64,000 nucleotides of DNA from Octopus sinensis (GCF_006345805.1 NC_043013.1:44764001-44828000), one strand, 5' to 3'; shown: positions 1-13,402, counted from the first letter of the stretch. Translations and numbers: made by a program. The notes: generated from the letters alone by a model not told the origin.

Positions 1-217
1 TCTCTCATAACGAATCGTGGTGCATAAAAGCACTCGAACACATATTGTTGACGGACGAAAATCGACTGTTATGTCGCTGCTGAACAGCTGCCACTGAAGA
101 ACCCACAGCAGGATGAAATCACGGGATCTAGCAGTCCTGGTGACCGTGGCATTCGATTCTCGTCTGTCGATGATATAATGACGAGTGCTTTTATGCCCCA
201 AGAGTTCTTATGAGAGA
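1..217. repeat. Imperfect inverted repeat (1-68 vs ~150-217) enclosing a hammerhead-like motif
   Basis: tctctcataacgaatcgtggtgcataaaagcactcg (1-36) matches the reverse complement of 182-217; similarity continues inward to ~68/150. Truncated by the window edge. Confidence 0.75.
87..135 (+). ncRNA. Degenerate type I hammerhead ribozyme
   Basis: GCUGCCA-CUGAAGA-ACCC-ACAGCA-GGAU-GAAA-UC-ACGG-GA-UC^UAGCAGU. Complete core; one C.A mismatch each in stems I and II. Confidence 0.65.
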
Positions 218-382
218 TTCTCTCAAGGTGAATCAAGGTAAATATTCTGTAATTCTAATACAGCCTTCGCGTTAAGTAGGAAATCAACATAATCAACATA
301 TCTAAGGCGCGAAATTGCGTTTGCCCTTCTGGCCAGTAACTGATGGTCTGTTCCCGTTTGTTTGTGCCTTTATTATGTTTAG

Positions 383-435
<53 letters not shown>

Positions 436-436
436 T

Positions 437-489
<53 letters not shown>

Positions 490-889
490 AAATATACATA
501 TATATATAACGGGAAGCTTTTATGAAAATAACAAAAGACGAAGGCAGGTGGAATACAAACAATTGTATTAGTATGGCGCTCAGGAATATAAATAAAACAA
601 GTCCTTTCGTTTCTTCAACAGAAAGATACTATATATATATATTATTATATATATAGATATATATATATATATCTATATATATATTATATATATATATATA
701 TTATATATATATATATAAAACATACATACATTCATACACACAGTTGAATTTACAAACGAGATAAAATGCACTCAATACACATCGTAGAGTTTATCCAATT
801 AGTCGAAGTTCAAGCTTTTTACCCGCATACAGATACAAAGACACACAAGCGCATATATACATACGTACACAACACACACACACACACAC

Positions 890-920
<31 letters not shown>

Positions 921-1742
921 TATATATGTATATATATATTAAGGTATGTAGAAAAATACAACATGGACAAGAACGTATAACTCTTAGAAGACGATACAAT
1001 AAACACGGACAGGACATTCGAAACCCTCAGTCTTCAGTCAAGAACCGGATCATCGTAGTAATTTCGGCTGATTAATCTTGAATATATATATATGGCTTCT
1101 CATATATACACATACTACATATTTGGGTATCAATTTATGTATTTTTTTATGTTTGCGTGTATGTAAATATGCATTTCTTAATATTTATAATGTCTGTGCG
1201 TGGGATGACGTGTGTTTGTATGTATATGTATGTGTATGTGTATGTGTATGTGTAGCTGCATGTGTGTACGCATATCTAATTCACTCCCTCCCACCATTTC
1301 TCTCTTTCCCTCTCTCCCATCTCTCAGTCTCTCTTTCTGCGACGCACTATCCCTCTCCCTCCCTGCTCTCTCTGACTCTACCCCCCATCACCCTGCATGT
1401 TTCACTTTGCTTCGGTGTCTGATTTATTTTGTTCTATTGATTTGGATATTAGTATTTGTTTATCATCAATATCATCATATCAGATATGTGCAATAAGATA
1501 TCATTGCTGCGGCTGGCAAATTGGATTGAATTTCGGTTTGCGTTTGGCATAAATTAGAGTTTCACACATTATTGATCATATCGATCAAGGAGCGAAATCT
1601 TCACAGTCAACCGTTAACATTTCACAGCCAACAGTTAATTCTCAGTATGTATGTGTGTGTGTTTATATACATGTGTGTGTGTGTGTGTGTACATATATAT
1701 ATATATGTAAATTATACATAATATATATATATATATATATAT

Positions 1743-1779
<37 letters not shown>

Positions 1780-2623
1780 TATATATATATATATATATGT
1801 ACATATATATATATAGTATGTATGTATGTATGTATGTATGTATGTATGTATGTGTGTATGTACGTGTGTCGGGGCTGCGTGTTGAGTTAACACTCAACCA
1901 CTCAACGGCTAACGCTTCACAGCCAATGATTAATCATTCGCAGTCGGCAGTTAACACTTTACTATCGACATTTTACACTTCAAAGACCAGAGTCATCTTG
2001 GCCATCCGTGCTGTATTTACATTAAGTATGATATATATCTTATTATTTTTTTTTAAATAAAACTCTCTTCTGTTAAGCATAACGAATTTTTTACTCAGCT
2101 GGCCGGCTAATTGCAACATCAGTAATTTCTCAATCACTGTTTGTCTATTGTAGCGACGACGGAATGTTTTCTTAACATGCCGCTGCTCGTGGGTACACGC
2201 TGCTGACAGAGCATACGAAGGAAGAAATGTACATCTAGCACTTTCACCACCGCTGCCTGACAATCTTCTTCTGCTCCTGATATATCGTTGTATTATTTAA
2301 CAGAGTACGTCCATGAAAGATATTATCTCTGGACGAACACTGCACTCGATCTGGCTTTCCTTGATGTATCTGTATTAAGTATGATACAGATTGCTATTTC
2401 ATGAGTTAGCAGTTCACAACAGTCAATGTTCGTTGCCTCATACCCAACACTTAACTACACCAGGGTCAGCATTTAACCGACGTTTAGAACATAAGCATCG
2501 CCAAACCAACAAAGAAGCTGCTAGGTGGTCGCTTGTTTTGCTAGAAATAACAACTAGGTTTCCCTCAACTGACACCCTACTATCTTTTAAAAGACTATAT
2601 TGGATATTGTGTTCCTGGAAATA

Positions 2624-2847
2624 TTGGGTTGTCCGGAAAGTTAGTGCCGATTTATAGTAGCTTACCTTTCGACTTACCCTCCCAGGCACCTCAATTCTTG
2701 GAAGAGCGTATTTTCAAATTAAAGGAAAGATGGAGACGCATTGGCAACAAAATGGTTCATATCTGGTTGATTAAAAATGTAATGGCAAGTATTTATTGAC
2801 CTTTTCCTTTCGTTTAAAAATCGGCACGAACTTTCTGGACAACCCAA
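2624..2847 (+). mobile_element. Mariner-derived MITE (internal deletion derivative of the 51600-52169 family)
   Basis: TIRs ttgggttgtccggaaagttagtgccgattt / aaatcggcacgaactttctggacaacccaa, TA flanks; interior matches the reverse complement of 51600-51760. Confidence 0.9.
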
Positions 2848-3127
2848 TACTATGCCTAAAATCGGTATGAAATGGTCACAATGAAACATCTATGATCATA
2901 GGTCTGCTCGATTAGAGCTGGCCTAAGACGAAACGATAGTATCAAAGGGAGATAGTATCTATGTAGTGAATCGACCTGCCAGAAACACATAACAAATTCC
3001 ATTCAAACCATGCGCTATTATCGTATAAGATGACTAAAATATTAACTGACGAAATTATAAAAACACTATTACTAAATTAGAGAGGATAAGAACTCGGCTG
3101 TTGTGGCTTTATTATAGGGCCACTAAA

Positions 3128-3345
3128 GGCGGCGAGCTGGCAGATCCGTTAGCACACCGGGTGAAATGCTTAGAGGTATTTTGTCCGTCGCTACGTTTTG
3201 AGTTCGAATTCTGCCAAGGTCGACTTTGCCTTTCATCCTTTCAGGGTTGATAAATTAAGTACCAGTGAAACACTGGGCCGATATAATCGACTAGTCCCCT
3301 CCCCCAAATTTCATGACTTGTGCCTATAGTAGAAAGGATTATCAT
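3128..3345 (+). mobile_element. tRNA-derived SINE family A (Meta-domain-like core)
   Basis: ggcggcgagctggcaga head, gttcgaattc B-box, core gtcgactttgcctttcatcctttc..gataaattaagtaccag shared with many copies in the window. Confidence 0.85.
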
Positions 3346-3359
3346 TATTATTATTATTA

Positions 3360-3810
3360 TTGAGTGAGAGAGCAGTGCATGCCATCAAAGTGACACTGGG
3401 GTAAAATATACGAAGCCCAGTATACCCATCATGACTACCCGTCTGCATCACAACCATATGAGCGCGACATGGTGATCGCATATCAAGATAAACAGCGCGT
3501 GACCTTACAGGTGGGGCCCAGCTAGAATTTTCTTCTGGTCGAGTAACTCATCCCGCTCAAAAGGTCCCTGAATAAGGGTTGTTTAAGGATGTTGAACAAA
3601 ACACCCATGTTTCCAGAGGTGAATTATTCAAACCCCAAAGAATCCCTCTCAGCACATGGCTATGATGCTCCCCCACTACTTCTGCTCGAGATCAGAGATA
3701 CACATATCATCAGCCACTAAGGGACATGCTCAACTGGTTAAGGTCAAGCAACTGACAACCAAATCTGTGGTATTGAGCAGAATATTTGCTGTAACCCATC
3801 GTTTATACTT
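3360..3810 (+). repeat. Interspersed repeat (probable LINE/SINE 3' region)
   Basis: A related segment occurs in reverse orientation at ~27900-28160 (cacatatcatcagccactaagggac / gatcagagat motifs). Confidence 0.5.
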
Positions 3811-4039
3811 ATATTATTATTATAATGTCTTTTCCTTCTTTCTTCAAATTTTCGTCCGTTTCTCGCCGAGTGTTTTCCATACACCTAGGGCAGAGAAGCT
3901 CATTGTATGCATTCCCAGATTACACACGCAAATTTAACGGGTGGAGAGCTGAACCATCCTGGGATACAGAGGATTCGCAATCTAGACTAGGATCTGAAAG
4001 TTTACCACACCATAGTGGGTTACACCATGGTTTCTCTGC

Positions 4040-4247
4040 TTTGTGACAGAAGTAGGAAGAAAGAGTGAGAGAAAGTTGTGGTGAAAGAGTACAGCAGGGT
4101 TCACCAACCCCCGCCCCCCGCCGAAGCATCGTAGAGCTTCGGTGTTTTTGCTCAATAAACACTCCCAGTGCCCGGTCTGGGAATCGAAACCGCGTTCTTA
4201 CGACCGCGAGTTCGCTGCCCTAACCACTGGGCCATTGCGCCTCCACT
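4040..4247 (-). mobile_element. tRNA-derived SINE family C
   Basis: Reverse complement begins gtggaggcgcaatggcccagtggttagggcagcg...ggtttcgattcccagaccggg (A and B boxes); further copies at 31830-32207, 41160-41380, 46740-47050. Confidence 0.85.
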
Positions 4248-4551
4248 ATTGCTGCTGTTGCTTCTGCTACAGCTACCGCTATTATTGCTGCTGCTATGGC
4301 TGCCATGCTGCTGTTTTCGTGGTGCCACTGTTCGCAGCTCGGATGACAGCCGGAACGAAAGCAAAGACAAGTGGAACCACTTCATCCTCAGAACTACCAG
4401 CACCAGATGAGGGTAACAGGCCAGGGCGCCGATAACCTGAGGAATCTTCTTCGCTTTCACAGGCCCGGCCAATGCAGCACCTCCACTCTGTCATCTAGCA
4501 GTGAGGATGAAAAGCTGGAAACAGAAGTAAAAATATTTTTTTTAAATGGTA

Positions 4552-4709
4552 AAGAGTGGCTGTGTGGTAAGTAGCTTGCTTACCAACCACACGGTTCCGG
4601 GTTCAGTCCCACTGCGTGGCACCTTGAGCAAGTGTCTTCTACTATAGCCTCGGGCCGACCAAAGCCTTGTGAGTGGATTTGGTAGACGGAAACTGAAAGA
4701 AGCCCGTCG

Positions 4710-4740
<31 letters not shown>

Positions 4741-4965
4741 TTGTGTGTCTGTGTTTGTCCCCCCAACATCGCTTGACAACCGATGCTGGTGTGTTTACGT
4801 CTCCGTTACTTAGCGGTTCGGCAAAAGAGACCGATAGAATAAGTACTAGGCTTACAAAGAATAAGTCCTGGGGTTGATTTGCTCGACTAAAAGGCGGTGC
4901 TCCAGCATGGCCGCAGTCAAATGACTGAAACAAGTAAAAGAGTAAAAGGGTAAAGAGAGCCGCTG
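4552..4965 (+). mobile_element. tRNA-derived SINE family B (CORE-like ccttgagcaagtgtctt, internal TA/TG tract)
   Basis: gagtggctgtgtggtaag head, ggttcagtccc B-box, tail gactgaaacaagtaaaagag; many copies. Confidence 0.9.
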
Positions 4966-5900
4966 GAGACAGTAAACAAAAGGAAAAATAAAAGAGAACT
5001 GGTGAAAAAGAATGATTCCAAGCTACAGACATGGAAGATGTTGCGTGCTTCCACTAATTGTTGCTCAGCAGCATGGAGCACATGAAAACTCATAAACTCT
5101 TATCGTTATCTGAGATAGCATCAACAGACTTGTGGAAATGGTGATTAATCTAAAAATGGCAGAAAAAAAATATAGAGTTGATTGTGAAAGAGATATGAAT
5201 TGAATAATTGAATGATCGGCTATTGGTGAAAGCCACATACTAACAATCTATCCATCGACGGCTAAAGTAACTAAGGGAGCATTCCTCCGGAGGATGTCGT
5301 ACTCATCAAAGGCTCAGCTAAAACCACGGATAATCACAGGCAATTTCGCACCAACTCGTTTGCAAAAGGTGATCGGAGCAGAAGGTGGTCTGAGATATGA
5401 AACACCTTGATCCTAATTAGTTGGCGGTTTTTCACTCCTTAGGAGGAGTGGCGAGCCCATATTTGATCATGTGGTGAATTTCTAAATTGTTTTAATATGT
5501 GTATATATTACGTTTTCCCAACGACTCTTTCATATGTAGGTGTGTGTCTATGTGTGCGAGAAAGAAAGTGTGTATCATATATGACTGTGTATGCGTGTAT
5601 GTACTATATGTGTTTATGTGTGTATGTCTTTTGTGTGTATGTGTATGTGTGCATGTGTACATCTGTACATGTTTGTAAACAGTTTTATATGACACGTTAT
5701 AACATAGCAAAAAAAAAAACACTCTACATTGACGTATCGAGTTCTATTATTTATCGCTTCTCAGAAAACCAACAGCGTAACTATATATATATATACAAAT
5801 ATATATACATGTAAACACATACATATATGAATATGTATTGATATATACATACAAATATATATAAATATAAATACATATATGTATGCACACACACATTCAT

Positions 5901-5935
<35 letters not shown>

Positions 5936-5940
5936 ACATG

Positions 5941-5973
<33 letters not shown>

Positions 5974-6332
5974 TATAACATGTATATATAACATGTATAT
6001 ATATATATATAATATATATTAAATATTGTGTATATGTGTATGTAAGAATGATAAATGGATGTATATTATGTGTATGCGTGAATTTCTATTCTTACACAGG
6101 AGTGTGTGTGTGTGTGTGTAAGTATGTACGTGTGCAAGTATGTATGTTTGAATGTCTATAGTTTTTATGGCATAAACAGGAAAACAGAACTCAAAAACAT
6201 GTGTATATATTTACGCATACAGATATATATCCATATATATATACATATATATATATACATGCGTATGTAATTATATATATATATATATATATACATACAT
6301 GCATGCATACATGCATACATACATACATATAT

Positions 6333-6384
<52 letters not shown>

Positions 6385-7238
6385 ACACATATGTATATAT
6401 GAGGATGGGGGACACCGCAATGACAACGATGATAACGAGGCGAGGATAGCAACAGTGTTGCAATATTAACATGTATGCATTTCCTCCAACGTCTAAACTG
6501 TCATACGAGTTGGATATCGAGCAACACTACGACCGTCCACAGCATCACCTCTGCAATTATCACCATCAGAACCATCATCAGCATTAACACCACCACCAAT
6601 ACCACCATCAACACAACTAACAGCGTCGCCATTTGTCCATATTAACTGTAATCGCAATGGCACTGAATGTTCTAATCACGGTTTCAATCTTGAACAACAT
6701 ATCTGCTCCTTCGAAGTGGACAGCCGTTTGTTGCTAAGAAAGTAAAAAAAAAAAAACGGTGTCAATCATCCATCTTCACGAGATATTGCTTCCATTTTCG
6801 CAATGGAGAATCGATAATAATTTCCGGTGGCAAACCTCATTATCAGATAGAAACTTCCTGTGTTGTTAGTGGAAAGCTGTGAAAAAAAGGACGTAAAGCT
6901 ATGTTAAGGAGAGTGATAGAGCAAAAGATTAGGAGAGATAGAGTGGAGAGAGAGGAGAGAGAAAGATTTAGAAGTAGGGAAAGAGAAAAATAGAGGTGAA
7001 ATTAGGGAAGAAATGAAGGAGATATATGGCTACAGAAACGGTGTGAACTTATAAGAACGGGGGATAGAAGGCATGTATGATATAGCAACATAAAATTCGT
7101 AATGGAGAATAAGTAAAGAAGAAAATATAGGATGCGTTTCCAATAAACATTAAATTTACGAAAATATCTTATTACTATATATATATATATATTATTATCA
7201 TTATTATTATTATATAATAATTATTATTATTATTATTA

Positions 7239-7291
<53 letters not shown>

Positions 7292-7303
7292 TTGCATACT
7301 TAA

Positions 7304-7522
7304 GGCAGCGAGCAGGCAGAAACGTTAGCACATCGGGAAATACTTTGTAGCATTTCGTCCGTCTTTACGTTCTGAGTGCAAATTCCGTCGAGGTCGACTT
7401 AGCTTTTCATCCTTCCGGTGATCGATGTAATATGTACCAGTTGTGCACTAGAGGTCAATGTAATCGACTTATCCAAACCCCCTGAAACTGCGGGCCTTGT
7501 GCCAAAATTTGAAATCGATATT
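7304..7522 (+). mobile_element. SINE family A copy
   Basis: Same head and core as 3128-3345. Confidence 0.85.
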
Positions 7523-7555
7523 ATATGTACATGGTTGTATGTTAATATATATATA

Positions 7556-7600
<45 letters not shown>

Positions 7601-8019
7601 GGTTATGACTTTTTGATCTTTTGGAAGTAAGCAATTTCTTGTATCAAAAGTCGATCAACAATTTCTTATAAGTAAACTTATTTTAAGTTTTTTTAAAAAA
7701 ACCTAATCCCTAACTGAAGAAATCTAATACCAATTTTGACCCAAATCATGCAAAATTCTAGTGGGGTACATAATGCCTACTCAGGTTTTTATCAAACTTT
7801 GTGTGCTGACTTAATGCAATGCAGAAGCAGTATTTCTCAAATTTCAGCTTTCAAGTTTAAGCAGTTTAGGAGTTATAGAGTTTGTAATTTGTTACCACTT
7901 AGGCCCTACTTTAGGAAATGTCCTCTTCCTCTCCTTTTTATTTTTGTGATGCTAAAAGCTTTGACTCTATTAAGTGTTTTTCAGAATAGTAGGCTTATCC
8001 AACTAGAGTATCTAAAATA

Positions 8020-10620
8020 ATGTCTCAAAAGAGAAGTGCTTGTGTCACTCAAAGAAGCAAAAAAATCTGGACAAAGAACCTCGTGCAATTTCAAGACTCA
8101 CATAGGAAAAGAAGACCTGTTCCTCTAGAAGAGCATTCTTTGGAAAACAACTGCAGGATACCAATGAAGCTTCAAATTGTCGGTCACTACCTGTTCCTTG
8201 GAGGTACCATCAAAAGAAGGGGAAAAACAAAGGAAATTTCAAAAGAAGTAACTTTTTATGTCAAAAGAAATTAAATTTCCCATATTTATCAAATCAAAAT
8301 GTACAAGCAAAGGTAGAAAAGTGCTGAATACCTACGATAAATGTGTAAAACGAGGAAAATACGATTCATTGAAAGGAATTTTTGACATCACAAAGGAAAA
8401 CAGTGAATGGCTGTGCTGTGAGGATAGAAGATTATATTATCTTCAAATTGAAAGAAAGGTTTGGGTATGCAAATAGAAAGGCAGCCAGTTCCAAAACTAT
8501 CCATCCATCCGAAAGAAGTAAAGATTCCTTAATACCAACTTCAACCAGAGCAACTCCAGTATCATCGTCAATGTCTGAAGCAGAGACTGAAAGTGAATAT
8601 CAAGAGTCCGAAAAATCAGATGATGAATCCACACAAACAAGGAGGAAGTATAGCAAAACTGGAACTGCAGCCAAGTTAGTAATATCTTCGAAGCTGTCAA
8701 CCTAAAGAGCAGCAACGGTTTGTTGACAATTATCTTGAGATGGAATCAATGTCAAGATTTCTTCCGAATCTGATATTTACAGATCGACTATCAAAGAAGT
8801 TATTAAACTAAAAAGGAAAATTACGTAAAAGGGATCATTGCCTTTTGATGGTAAACATATTGAAGACCAAGAACACCAAATGCTAGTTTTAAAGAATAAA
8901 CAGAGAGAAGTTAAGTTAGAAGCACTCAATTACCAAACGAAAAAGCCGCTGCTGTTGTAAAAGGAATAAAAGTTGTTTTAAATGAATACAATTTATGGAA
9001 CTGTGTAAAGATGATTGTCACTGGTACAACGAGTGTGAACAGTGTGAAAAGAAATGGCATTGTCATTCAGTTGCAAAGACGGTTTGCTCACAGGGGTTTG
9101 AAAGAACCACAATATATTGGTTGTCAGCATCATATCCTTGATAGAGCTCTTCGTGTCGTAATGGATAACGAACTTGGAGAAAAAAAGCCATCTGCCAATA
9201 TTGAATATTCATCCCAGAGCTCCTAAGTAATTTCGAAAACTCCAGGTTAATTTCAACAATGGTGAAGAAAAGATTACTGAATCAGCAGGATGGCTAGATA
9301 ACATGAAATTTATATTTCAATGACAAGAGTTTTTCGTTTCTTTGAGGAAAGCGGAAAATTTCCTACTGTAAAGTTTCAAAATTTACCCAACTCAAGTAAT
9401 GCAAGATTGAATTCTCTAGCAATACTATTAGGTTGTCAAGAAAATCATTGCGGAACTTTCTTCGAGTGACGAGAGTGTTGAAGATGATAAGCGTAGTGGT
9501 CGACCATCGGATGTTGACAACGATCAACTAGGAGCCTTAGTCGAAGCTAATCTACGCACAACTGTTCGAGAGCTTGCTTCTGAATTAGACGTAACGTATA
9601 TGACAATTTCCAGCCACTTGAAAAAGACTGGAAAAACAAAAATACTTGAGAAATGGGTGCCGCACGTATTGAACAACAACCAAAAAAAAACATTTTGAAG
9701 TGGTGTCTTCCCTTCTTTTACGGATTGTGACTTGCGATGAAAAGTGGATTCTTTACGACAACCGGCGACGCTCAGCTCAGTGGTTGGACGCCGACAAAGC
9801 TCCACAGCACTTTCCGAAGCCAAAGTTGCACCAAAAGAAGGTCATGGTGACTGTTTAGTGGCCTGCGGCCGACAGCATCAGCCAGTATTGGTCAACAGAA
9901 AAGGACCAAATCTTCTCCACGACAACACTTAGATGCACGTCGCACAACTGACTCTGCAGAAGTTGAATGAATTGGGCTACGAAACTCTACCTCAACCGCC
10001 ATACTTACCAGACCTCTCGCCTACCGACTACTACTTTTTCAAGCATCTCGACAACTTCCTGTGTGAGAAATGCTTCAAAAACCAAGACGATGCCAAACAC
10101 GCCTTCAACGACTTCATCGCCACCAGAACGCTGGATTTTTACGCTACTGGCATAAATAAACTTGTTTTGCATTGGCAAAAGTGTGTTGATTCTGATGGTG
10201 TTTATTTCGATTAATAAAGTTTTGTTTGAACCGAGATATGTGCATCTGCATTTAAAGGTTAGAACTTTCTTGACAACCTTGTGGCACTTTTGGCATTTAT
10301 CCTTCCACCAGAGAAAATATTCTTGTTTCTCAATGTTTGACGATTCATCTCTTACAGTTGGGCAGATTTTTGGTTTACTGACCAAATGTTCAATGCACAT
10401 GATTATCAGAAGTTATATGGGAGCCTGCAAGTTCATAAAAAAAAAGCATTAAACTCTGTAAAAAACTTTTGCAGGCGAGAACCATAATACTGGAAATTCA
10501 CAGAACAAATCAGAGTGTAGAATGGGCAATCAAGTGGCTTCAAGATCTTCATGATGTTCGTAAAAAGGAGAAACTTCAGCTTCGATTTATTTTCTAAGAA
10601 AACATATCAATTCTTTGTTA
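8020..10620 (+). pseudogene. Disrupted hAT-like transposase (interrupted by mariner)
   Basis: Fragments MIVTGTTSVNSVKRNGIV...QYIGCQHHILD (CxxH motif) and C-terminal NQSVEWAIKWLQDL; many stops and frameshifts. Confidence 0.65.
9428..10280 (+). mobile_element. Internally deleted mariner element nested in the hAT-like element
   Basis: TIR ttaggttgtcaagaaa / tttcttgacaacct; ORF 9933-10214 LGYETLPQPPYLPDLSPTDYYFFKHLDNFL...WQKCVDSDGVYFD is a mariner transposase C-terminus (YSPDL-like motif). Confidence 0.9.
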
Positions 10621-11207
10621 TATTTTAAAATGTGCTAACATTCAGCACTCTTTTTCTTATACAGTTATTTAAGATTGGAATTAAACCTATAAAGTTAAAA
10701 ATATGTATTGTTTTTAATTTTGTATGCTATCGAATGCTTGTAGTGGCCTCTGTCTTAAAATAGCCTAGTTTTGAACCGTTGCATAAACCAATTTCAATTC
10801 AGTAATCTTTAAAATGTATAAATACATTTTTATTCTACATCTCTCTTGCGTTTACAAGGATTTAGGCAACAGAAATACTGAAGTGTGAATCTATTGCCAC
10901 CTAATGGTTATAGTTTTAAAAGCTCATAACTCCGAAACTACTTCAATTAGAAAGCTGAAATTCCAGATATACTATTTCTGCATTGCATTGAATTAGTACA
11001 CCAAGATTGTTAAAACCTTGAGCAGGCGTTATGAACCCCGCTAGATTTTTGCATGATTTGGGTCAAAAGTTGTGATCGATTTCTTAAGTTGGGGGTGACA
11101 CTTTTTTTAAATAAAGCAAAATAAATGTTAGTTTCATAACTTCTATAAAATTATTCATCAAATTACAGAACAGGGTTATTAGGTTGTGAAAGCGCCATAG
11201 CCCTAAG

Positions 11208-11238
<31 letters not shown>

Positions 11239-11557
11239 TATACATATATATATATCATACATATATATACATATATATACATATATATATACATCATATG
11301 TAATACATATATATATATACATATGTATATATATATATATATATAATATATATATATATATATACAATATATATAATATATAATATATATATGAATATAT
11401 ATATATATATTATATATATATATTATATTATATATATATATTTATACCCACTCACATAGAGCAGTAGCTGTAGATACACAGATGTAGGGGATACTACCGG
11501 ACGTATACTGCACATTGTATGTAGCTTATTTGATCTCTGTAACAGAATACTATAAAG

Positions 11558-11656
11558 TGTTCCCCTGATGATCCATAGCAGTTAGGCATACAAATGCACT
11601 TGGAACATCCAATGCCGAGTTCCATTTAACTGCACTGGTGAAACGTACGTAGGAAC
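11558..11656 (+). ncRNA. Type I hammerhead ribozyme motif with extended stem II
   Basis: GUUCCC-CUGAUGA-UCCA..GCAGUUA..UAACUGC..UGGU-GAAA-CGUACGU-A^GGAAC. Palindromic helix III (ACGUACGU); U.U mismatch at the base of stem II; one bulged C in stem I. Confidence 0.7.
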
Positions 11657-11699
11657 TAAGTATTCTTACTTGAGCTTATCCACTATATGTATATACACA

Positions 11700-11780
<81 letters not shown>

Positions 11781-11782
<2 letters not shown>

Positions 11783-11950
11783 CAACCGATGCTGGTGTGT
11801 TTACGTCCCCGTAACGTAGCGGTTTGGCAAAAGAGATCGATAGAATAAATACTAGGCATACAAGGAATAAGTCCTGGGGGCGATTGATTTGCTCGACTAA
11901 GGTGGTGCTGCAGCATGGCCGCAGACTGAAACAAGTAAAAGATAAAAGAA
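11781..11950 (+). mobile_element. SINE family B, 3' half
   Basis: gacaaccgatgctggtgtgtttacgtcccc...gactgaaacaagtaaaa. Confidence 0.85.
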
Positions 11951-11955
11951 TAAAA

Positions 11956-11999
<44 letters not shown>

Positions 12000-12074
12000 A
12001 TATATATAGAAAAACAAGAAAGGTAGATACATCAATTAATAACTATATTTATTAACTGCAAAAATAAGCATGAT

Positions 12075-12160
12075 CTCTAACAGCTGTTTCGATTTATACT
12101 TTAAAGATTATAATTGTAATAATTAAATCCTTTTATGAAGCAGAATCTCGTCAGTGGCAG
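12075..12160 (-). ncRNA. Degenerate hammerhead-like motif (stem I not paired)
   Basis: CUGACGA-GAUU..(49 nt)..AAUC-GAAA-CAGCUGU-U: perfect stem II base and palindromic helix III, but stem I arms do not pair. Confidence 0.45.
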
Positions 12161-12205
12161 AAAAAAAGATTTGTATAAATATACGGAACATTACAGCAAA
12201 CTGTA

Positions 12206-12253
<48 letters not shown>

Positions 12254-12837
12254 GCGTGTGTATGTATATGTGTATATCTGCATATTTATGTATAAAAATC
12301 TTAAATGAATACAGCAGGAAAAGTAATTTCGAATATTTTTTAAAGATGTTAGTGTGACTTTTAAAATGGACAGTTTGAAAAGCTTTACTTAGCGAAACTT
12401 TGAAGTTATTTTAATCATATATATATATATCTTATAATATATTATTATTTATATCAGGAAATCAATATTAGAAAATTCTTCAGAAAGATGTATATGTGTG
12501 TAAAATAATTGTTGTATTAAAAATATAAATATATGTAAATATGTATAGGCATAAATATATAATATATATGACAGTTTTAAAGGTTTGAATTAAATTTTTA
12601 AAGCGTCTTACGATCCCTATAATGAAATCCTATATTGATAAGCATTTATAGACAACTCTTCTGCTCTTCAGAGATATAAAATTTGAATTTTGTATAATAT
12701 ATCGAATGGTATCCTTTTTTTAAATATGAAGTAATATGATAAAATGGTGTTTGTTGGAAATATAAATTAAAAATTTTAAAAGATTCTGCTTTTGATTTTA
12801 GTAAGTACACTTTAGTACTAAAACAGAGTATACTCTT

Positions 12838-13242
12838 TTTTACTCTTTTTACTTGTTTCAGTCATTTGACTGCGGCCATGCTGGAGCAACGTCTTTAGTC
12901 GAGCAAATCGACCCCGGGACTTATTCTTTGTAAGCCCAGTACTTATTCTATCGGTCTCTTTGCCGAACCGCTAAGTGACGGGGACGTAAACACACCAGCA
13001 TCGGTTGTCAGCAATGCTAGGGGAACAAACACCAGACACACAACATATTCACCACACTTATATATATATACATATATACGACAGGCTTCTTTCAGTTTCC
13101 GTCTACCAAATCCACTCACAAGGCATTGGTCAGCCCGGGGCTATAGCAGAAGACACGTGTCCAAGATGCCACGCAGTGGGACTGAACCCGGAACCATGTG
13201 GTTGGTTAGCAAGCTACTACCAAACATCCACTCCTGCGCCTA
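12838..13242 (-). mobile_element. SINE family B copy
   Basis: Reverse complement of the 4552-4965 consensus. Confidence 0.9.
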
Positions 13243-13323
13243 TATATATATATAGTATATATATATATATTATATATATAGATAAATATCTATATATATA
13301 ATTATATATATATATATATATAA

Positions 13324-13355
<32 letters not shown>

Positions 13356-13371
13356 CTATAAAATATATGTC

Positions 13372-13402
<31 letters not shown>

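Larger units (their letters stand above)
7598..11205 (+). mobile_element. Decayed hAT-like (hATm-type) DNA transposon inserted in (TA)n
   Basis: Ends TAGGGTTATG...CATAGCCCTA; long subterminal inverted repeat ~7730-7890 vs ~10915-11075; 8-bp flanks atatatat/agatatat. Family assignment is inferred. Confidence 0.7.

Noticed and set aside
28-240. Possible coding exon ending at aag|gtaaat (237)
   Set aside because: All frames have early stops; the region is better explained by the inverted repeat and HHR.
1005-1080. CUGAAGA..CGAA motif on minus (also ~13615-13680)
   Set aside because: No convincing stem II or stem I pairing and no GAAA; at most a Penelope-type end remnant.
3700-3725. CUGAUGA on minus in an interspersed repeat
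   Set aside because: No downstream GAAA or stems.
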